In this document: one piece after another, positions 58,789 to 64,000 of the stretch
Numbering within the stretch: the stretch's first letter is position 1
Layout of the letters: every line of letters begins with the position of its first letter
Position numbers and translations under genes: made by a program
DNA from: Candidatus Caldarchaeales archaeon
GTDB taxonomy: Archaea; Thermoproteota; Nitrososphaeria_A; Caldarchaeales; Calditenuaceae
NCBI GenBank assembly: GCA_039630085.1
Contig: JBCNVM010000005.1
Span: forward strand, 1-64,000
Direction of reading: 5' to 3'
Length of the DNA: 64,000 nucleotides
Notes under the pieces: generated by a model
Databases searched by the model: none
What the model was told of the DNA's origin: nothing
What the model saw: the letters and a program-made list of their open reading frames with translations, nothing else

Positions 58789-59397
58789 ATGGCGTTTCAG
58801 TACCCGTTCCCCGGAGCGACGACGCTCGGCATCAGGGGCAGGGACGCGGTGGTGCTGGCCTCGGAGAAGCGGCTGACCTACGGCTACTTCGTCGTCTCTA
58901 AGAACGTCCGGAAGGTCTTCCAGGTAACCCCGAAGGTCGGAGCGGCCTGCGCGGGCCTAGTCTCGGACATGCAGAACCTCGTCAGGGACGTGAGGTTCCT
59001 CGTGAACCTGTACGTCATCGAGGAGAAGAGGCAGCCCTCGGTCAACTCGATCGCGAAGGTGATGTCGAACCTCCTCTTCGGGAGCAGGTACTTCCCGTAC
59101 CTGACCGAGGCAATCGTGGGCGGCTTCGACGACAAGGGGCCGCACGTGATAGTGCTCGACGCGATGGGCTCGATGATCGAGGACGACTACGCGGTCGTCG
59201 GATCGGGCGCGGAGATCGCGGTCGGCGTGCTCGAGGGCGAGTACAGGCCCGAGATGGGCTCCCAGGAGATCTACTCGCTCGCGATCAAGGCCCTCAGGGC
59301 GTCCATGGCCAGGGACAGCGGCAGCGGGAACGGCATAGACATCCTCCTCATCGGAAGCGGCGGTATCCTCAAGGACGAGACCGTCCCCGTGAGCTGA
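58789..59397 (+). CDS. psmB: Proteasome beta subunit (Ala at the catalytic Thr1 position)
   Basis: 'GATTLG....DAVVLASEKR', 'AGLVSD.Q', 'GSG...A.G.LE', 'RD.GSG.GID'. Confidence 0.92.
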   Translation: MAFQYPFPGATTLGIRGRDAVVLASEKRLTYGYFVVSKNVRKVFQVTPKVGAACAGLVSDMQNLVRDVRFLVNLYVIEEKRQPSVNSIAKVMSNLLFGSRYFPYLTEAIVGGFDDKGPHVIVLDAMGSMIEDDYAVVGSGAEIAVGVLEGEYRPEMGSQEIYSLAIKALRASMARDSGSGNGIDILLIGSGGILKDETVPVS

Positions 59398-59439
59398 GCC
59401 CCCCTGGTCTGGGCTGCACAGACTTTACGCGGTTTAAAC

Positions 59440-59465
59440 TATATCAGATGGTATAACGCCGTTAT
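59440..59465. promoter_or_regulatory. Overlapping palindromes (TATATCAGATGGTATA; TATAACGCCGTTAT) between the TATA box and start of rbkR (candidate operator)
   Basis: TTTAAA at 59433-59438 followed by inverted repeats ending 6 bp before the ATG. Confidence 0.62.
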
Positions 59466-59471
59466 GGATGC

Positions 59472-60200
59472 ATGGCCCTGAACCTAGTGGCCATCAAGGC
59501 CCTCCTGAACCTCTACGCCCAGAACGGGTTCTCCAGCAGCGTCAAGGTCTCAACTCCCGCGCTCGCGAAGGCGCTCGGGACCTCGCAGCAGTCGGCCTCA
59601 AGGATCCTAATCAGGCTCGAGAAGGAGGGGCTGATCGAGAGGCGGTCCGTGGGCAGGATGACGTACGTGAGGGTGACGGAGCTCGGCCTCAACAGGCTGC
59701 TGGACCTATATACTGACCTGAGGGTCGTGATCGAAAGGCCGATGGACTTCGTGCTCGAGGGCAGGGTCTTCACGGGCTTCGGCGAGGGCGGTTATTACGT
59801 CTCGCTGCCGCAATACAGGCAGCAGTTCAGGGAGAAGCTGGGGTTCGACCCCTACCCGGGGACGCTGAACGTCAGGCTCCTCTCGGTCGACTCGATACAC
59901 AACAGGAGGCTCCTCAGTAGGATCGCCGACGTCAGGATCGAGGGCTTCAGGAACGGCAACAGGACCTACGGCGGCCTCAAGGCGATCAGCGGGACCTTCA
60001 ACGACTCCGAGCTATGCGCGGTGCTGTTCATCGAGCGGACTCACTACGGCGACGACGTCGTGGAGATCATCTCGCCGGTCTACCTCAGGGGGAGGTTCGG
60101 CCTGAAGGACGGCGACAAGGTCAGGGTCCGGGTCACGATACCCAAGGAGAAGGTCGAGCGCGAGCAGGTCGGCGGCGAGCTCGTGAGCGTCGGTCCCTGA
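59472..60200 (+). CDS. ribK: CTP-dependent riboflavin kinase with N-terminal wHTH (RbkR)
   Basis: 'LAKALGTSQQSASR.L..LE..G' HTH; 'G.V.TG.GEG.YY', 'PYPGTLNV', 'RTHY...VEII'. Confidence 0.93.
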   Translation: MALNLVAIKALLNLYAQNGFSSSVKVSTPALAKALGTSQQSASRILIRLEKEGLIERRSVGRMTYVRVTELGLNRLLDLYTDLRVVIERPMDFVLEGRVFTGFGEGGYYVSLPQYRQQFREKLGFDPYPGTLNVRLLSVDSIHNRRLLSRIADVRIEGFRNGNRTYGGLKAISGTFNDSELCAVLFIERTHYGDDVVEIISPVYLRGRFGLKDGDKVRVRVTIPKEKVEREQVGGELVSVGP

Positions 60201-60262
60201 GCGGCCCGAGAGGAGCGGCTTAAATCGAGGGCTTTGAGCTCAACGGCGGAGGTGCGTCGGAT

Positions 60263-61009
60263 TTGGATCTGGTCGAGGACCACGCGGAGTTCGTGAGGGG
60301 CAAGAAGGTCCTGCTGGACCTCTCTCCCGGCCCCGGAGCGGTCGGCATGATCTTCGCGAACGTCCTCCTGGAGCAGAAAGGATTCAGGAGGGTGAAGTCC
60401 CTCTTCTCGCCGCACTTCCCACAGGTCTGCCTGATCGACAGCGAGGGGGTCTCCAGCCTCCCCAAGGTCGAGGTCTATCAGTACGCGGACTCGGTCAACG
60501 CGGTAGTCCTCGTGAGGAACTTCGTCGTCGATTCAACGGAGGCCGGCGAGTCGGTCTCGGAGAAGCTCGTGAGGGAATTGGACGTCTCTCAGGACGACCT
60601 ACTCATCGTGGTCTCGAGCAGCAGATTGACGGGTACCGGTGACCTTTACGTCGCCTCCACCGACCAGGAGCTCCTCAGGAGGGCCGTGGCCCTAGGCGCC
60701 AAGATGGCGCCCTTCATGGACGCGCTGCCGATGGACAGGCTCTCGTCGGCGTTGCTGAGGAGGTGCGTGATCTCAGGCGCGAAGACGATGTTCATCGTGG
60801 CCGACACTGAGGCCTTCATGCCCGACTTCAGGGCCTCGAAGAGGCTCGCGCAGCTGATCTCGTCCCTTTTCGGGATCCAGATCGACACCGCGAGGTTTGA
60901 CGAAGAGATCGCGAAGCAGCAGAAGTTCATCCAGCAGATGGAGAGGGCCGTTAGGGGAATGCTAGAGCACGGGGAGGAAGAGGAGAGGAGGCCTTCCTAC
61001 ATCGGGTGA
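60263..61009 (+). CDS. PAC2-family proteasome assembly chaperone-like protein
   Basis: 'PG.G.VG', 'SPHFP', 'PD.RAS', C-terminal 'PSYIG'. Confidence 0.8.
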   Translation: MDLVEDHAEFVRGKKVLLDLSPGPGAVGMIFANVLLEQKGFRRVKSLFSPHFPQVCLIDSEGVSSLPKVEVYQYADSVNAVVLVRNFVVDSTEAGESVSEKLVRELDVSQDDLLIVVSSSRLTGTGDLYVASTDQELLRRAVALGAKMAPFMDALPMDRLSSALLRRCVISGAKTMFIVADTEAFMPDFRASKRLAQLISSLFGIQIDTARFDEEIAKQQKFIQQMERAVRGMLEHGEEEERRPSYIG

Positions 61010-61010
61010 C

Positions 61011-63143
61011 TCAGTCCACGATCTCGTAGATGTAGACGTACGCGTAGGTGTTCGGGCTGTAGGGCGGACTGGAGGAGTAGACCAGCCTGAAGCCCTCGAT
61101 CTGGGGCGGGGCATACGTGTAGTAGGTCTGTGCTCCGAGCCTGACGGGCTTGTAAGGTATCATCAGCCCGAGCGTCGTCTCACTCCAGAACTTCTCGGTC
61201 GCGGTGGTCGGAGATCCCTCTGGGCCGAGAAGGCTCGCCTCGTCGATCTTCGGATAGCCTATGTTTTCCGCTTCTTGATTCGCTATCTTCAACATCCAAT
61301 ACCATTTGCTCTCGTCTCCGTAAAACAAGAGCTGGCCTCCCTGCTGGCCTCCGACGAAGGGCGCGAAGGTCACGAAGATCAGGACGTGCGTCGCACCGAG
61401 CTCCTTGAAGATCCTCTTGCTCGCGTTGGGGGGCGAGAGGAACGCGTAAGCGATCTTCGCGATTCTGATGCTGTCGATGGTCGTGTTGTCGATGATGCTG
61501 GTCCTGTTGCCGAGCCTCGAGATCCAGTTGCCGTAGTCCCACCAGGATGCCACGACCGCGCCCTGTGGCAGGTTGTTCCTCATCCACTCGAGGGCCCTCG
61601 GCCAGTCGTGGAGGGGTTGCTTGACGGGCAGGCTGCTGGCCAGCACGGTCGGCGGGACGTCGGCGTAGTCGATGCTGGAGTACTGGGAGAGCCCTCCGGC
61701 CCTAGCGGGGACGTAGTAAAGCGTGAGCGCGAGCAGGACCGCCAGAGGGACCGCGATCGCGACCCTGCTCTCAAACGGAGTCCTCCTCTTCGCCCTCGGG
61801 GCTGGAGCGGCTAGGGCCCTGAAGGTCGACTCGAGGACGTGGGAGACCGTCGTCCCTGCGAGCACGGCCACGACCGGAGAGGTCGGGAGTGCCAGCCTCA
61901 CCATCGAGGAGGCGAAGTAGAACGCTAGGACCGCGTATACCGTGAGGAAGACCGCCTCGTTGGTTCCCCTCTTAACCAGCAGGAAGAGCGCGAAGGGCGC
62001 GAGGAGGAGCGTCGGGCCGAAGTCGAGGAAGAGCGATCCCCAGGTCGCCAGCTGGTTCTCGGCCACCGATTGGACGATAGGGAGGGTTCCCCTCAGCTGC
62101 GGCAGGAGCACAGAGAAGAACTTCAGGCCGGGAATGTCTAGGGCGCCGAGCGCGAGGGAGGCCAGCCCTAGGACCCCGATGGCGAGCACGATGCCCCTCG
62201 TCACGAGGAGGGACCTGACCTCGTCGAGGCGCTCCTTCGCCAACCACGCGGCCACCAGATAAGGGATGACGAGCCAGCCCGCCGCCATGCTGACCTCGGT
62301 TAGGTAGCCGACGCCGAGCTTGGGGACGTTGACCGCGATCGATGCGTAGGTCGCAAAGGCCGCGAGGTAAGCCACCAGGACTCTCCTGTCCATCCTGCCT
62401 AGAAACGCCAGCACCGCCGTGTAGAGAGGTATCAGCGCGATCACGAGCCTGTGCGCTCCCCAAGTGGCCGTGACGTATCCGACCAACAGCCCCGCCAAGA
62501 GCCCGAAGAGCAGTGAACCTCTCAGGGTCCTCTTCTCGTTGATGGCGATCAGGTAGAAGAGAAAGGCCGCGTGCATCAGAGGTATCGAGAGGGCCTCGTC
62601 GTCGAACCAGCCGTAGTGGGTCCTCGAGATGTGAGCCGCGCTGACCGCGAGGAGGAGCGCCGAGGCGAGGGCCGCGCCCCTACCGACGACGTACCTCGCG
62701 AAGAAGTAAACGACCACAACGGTTACCATCCCGTAGAAGACGGGAAGCGCCGAGGCTAGCGCGACGGGGTCAACCGTTGCGCCCATCGAGGAGAGGGTCA
62801 GGTAGAGGAAGGCCATCGTGAAGGCCACGCCGGGGTAGAAGGTCGTCCCCACGTTCAGGCCCGTTGGGTGCCACGAGAGCGTGTCGACCATCCCCCTGAA
62901 CTCCCAGAACCCCGCCCAGCCCCTCTCGATGATCATCCTCGCGACCGTGTAGTGCCACCAGGGGTCGAACTCGCTCAGGACTGGGCCCCACTTGGCGGGG
63001 AGGGACCTCACCATGAATGCCGCCGAGATTGCCAGCAGCAATACCGCGGCCTCGAGGGGCGTCAGCCTCCCGCCGAGCCTCCTGTCGAGCCACCGCAGGA
63101 CACCGGAGAGCCTTCCCAGCAGCCTGCGCGCTCCGCGCCGCAT
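61011..63143 (-). CDS. aglB: Oligosaccharyltransferase AglB (STT3)
   Basis: 'EFDPW', 'G.FDDE', 'SVAEN', 'WWDYG', 'DNTT'; multiple TM helices. Confidence 0.95.
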   Translation of the reverse strand: MRRGARRLLGRLSGVLRWLDRRLGGRLTPLEAAVLLLAISAAFMVRSLPAKWGPVLSEFDPWWHYTVARMIIERGWAGFWEFRGMVDTLSWHPTGLNVGTTFYPGVAFTMAFLYLTLSSMGATVDPVALASALPVFYGMVTVVVVYFFARYVVGRGAALASALLLAVSAAHISRTHYGWFDDEALSIPLMHAAFLFYLIAINEKRTLRGSLLFGLLAGLLVGYVTATWGAHRLVIALIPLYTAVLAFLGRMDRRVLVAYLAAFATYASIAVNVPKLGVGYLTEVSMAAGWLVIPYLVAAWLAKERLDEVRSLLVTRGIVLAIGVLGLASLALGALDIPGLKFFSVLLPQLRGTLPIVQSVAENQLATWGSLFLDFGPTLLLAPFALFLLVKRGTNEAVFLTVYAVLAFYFASSMVRLALPTSPVVAVLAGTTVSHVLESTFRALAAPAPRAKRRTPFESRVAIAVPLAVLLALTLYYVPARAGGLSQYSSIDYADVPPTVLASSLPVKQPLHDWPRALEWMRNNLPQGAVVASWWDYGNWISRLGNRTSIIDNTTIDSIRIAKIAYAFLSPPNASKRIFKELGATHVLIFVTFAPFVGGQQGGQLLFYGDESKWYWMLKIANQEAENIGYPKIDEASLLGPEGSPTTATEKFWSETTLGLMIPYKPVRLGAQTYYTYAPPQIEGFRLVYSSSPPYSPNTYAYVYIYEIVD

Positions 63144-63192
63144 CGCCGGTTACCGCGTGGCCTCACCTAATAACGTAACCCCACGGATTTGC

Positions 63193-63486
63193 TCACTTGG
63201 CGAGCCCGAAGGCCAGTCCGACTAGGAACCCGACGAAGAACAGCGGATAGCTCAGAAGCGGTCCGAGCGCGCTCCTCGCCGAATCCACTACCGGTCTCAG
63301 GGCCACGAGGATGGTCCGAATTGGTGGCGCGTCGGCGAGGGCGAGGCCGAGGAGATGCGCGACGATGATGACCGTCAGCACCAACGCGAGTCCCCTGAGA
63401 GCCCGCGCCGTCCCGTATCCAATCAGCATTCCAGCCATTAGGGTGAGTCCGTGGACCACGTACTGCTGGGTCAGGGCGTCCAGCAA
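63193..63486 (-). CDS. Small membrane protein (FUN14-like)
   Basis: 'G.LIGY', C-terminal 'GF.VG...G'; hydrophobic. Confidence 0.55.
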   Translation of the reverse strand: MLDALTQQYVVHGLTLMAGMLIGYGTARALRGLALVLTVIIVAHLLGLALADAPPIRTILVALRPVVDSARSALGPLLSYPLFFVGFLVGLAFGLAK

Positions 63487-63541
63487 CGCAGCCCTCTAGT
63501 GTCAGTTTGAGCAGACGCCTATAATTTTTTCCGTCACACCG

Positions 63542-64000
63542 TCAGACCCATTTCCACCTGCCGTATACGAGGTAGAGTAGCGCGGCCCCGGTGTGCATCC
63601 TGTTCTCGGCCTGGTCGATCATCACGGAGCTGGGGCCGTCGGCGACCTCGGCCTCGACCTCCTCGCCCCTCTTCACCGGCATGCAGTGCATGAACCTCGC
63701 TCCGGGCTTGGCACCAGCCATGAGCTCCCTCGTGACCCTGTAGCGTGGTATGAAGGCCTTCAGCCTCCGCTCCCTCTCGGCCTCGAAGCCCATCGAGATG
63801 AAGACGTCGGTGTAGACGAAGTCCGCGCCCTTCACGGCCTCGGCTGGGTCGTCGGTGAACGTGAGCTCCGAGCCGGAAGCCCTGGCAGCCTCGAGGGCCC
63901 TTCTCCTCTCCTCCTCCGGCACCCAGTAACCCTCAGGGGAGGCGATCGCGAAGTCGACGCCAGTCAGGGCGCAGGCCTGCATCAGGGAGGTGGCTACGTT
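63542..64000 (-). CDS. argF: Ornithine carbamoyltransferase, 3' part (runs off the window)
   Basis: 'NVATSL', 'YTDVF.SMG', 'FMHC.P..RG.EV', 'DQAENR.H'. Confidence 0.9.
   Translation of the reverse strand, partial: NVATSLMQACALTGVDFAIASPEGYWVPEEERRRALEAARASGSELTFTDDPAEAVKGADFVYTDVFISMGFEAERERRLKAFIPRYRVTRELMAGAKPGARFMHCMPVKRGEEVEAEVADGPSSVMIDQAENRMHTGAALLYLVYGRWKWV

Overview
High-GC archaeal chromosomal window. AGG-rich Arg codons, archaeal ribosomal, RNAP, proteasome and AglB genes and a thaumarchaeal-style NuoI suggest a thermophilic Thermoproteota/Aigarchaeota-like host (inference). Left end (1-12.5 kb): a 22-repeat CRISPR array (GAACCTCACGAAGAGGATTGAAAG), csx1, a CARF-wHTH gene (Crn1/Csx14-like), an eight-gene Sulfolobus-Csm-like type III-D module with intact HD and GGDD motifs in Cas10, and a second, eroded mini-array beside tRNA-Gly. 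No cas1, cas2 or cas6 is present. The rest is mostly housekeeping or metabolic: rpl1/rpl11, aspS, a PhnDCE-like ABC transporter, an ~12 kb nucleobase-catabolism cluster, endA, a roadblock/MglA-GTPase module, tRNA-Glu, a HEPN-MNT pair, rpl21e-rpo4-DUF655, rps9, nep1, fixA-fixB-fixCX, nadE, ppcA, nuoI, psmB, rbkR/ribK, aglB and a partial argF. Best candidates for new biology: (1) an apparent archaeal variant of the anaerobic purine-ring degradation pathway (ssnA/hyuA/ygeW type) that uses an F420/flavin LLM reductase and a threonine-synthase-like PLP lyase; (2) a shared palindrome TATAACGnCGTTAT linking the riboflavin-kinase regulator promoter to the 'phosphonate' ABC transporter, hinting at FMN/flavin uptake; (3) the degenerate mini-array; (4) a membrane-anchored roadblock/MglA module. 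All protein calls come from motif recognition by eye; no database search was run.
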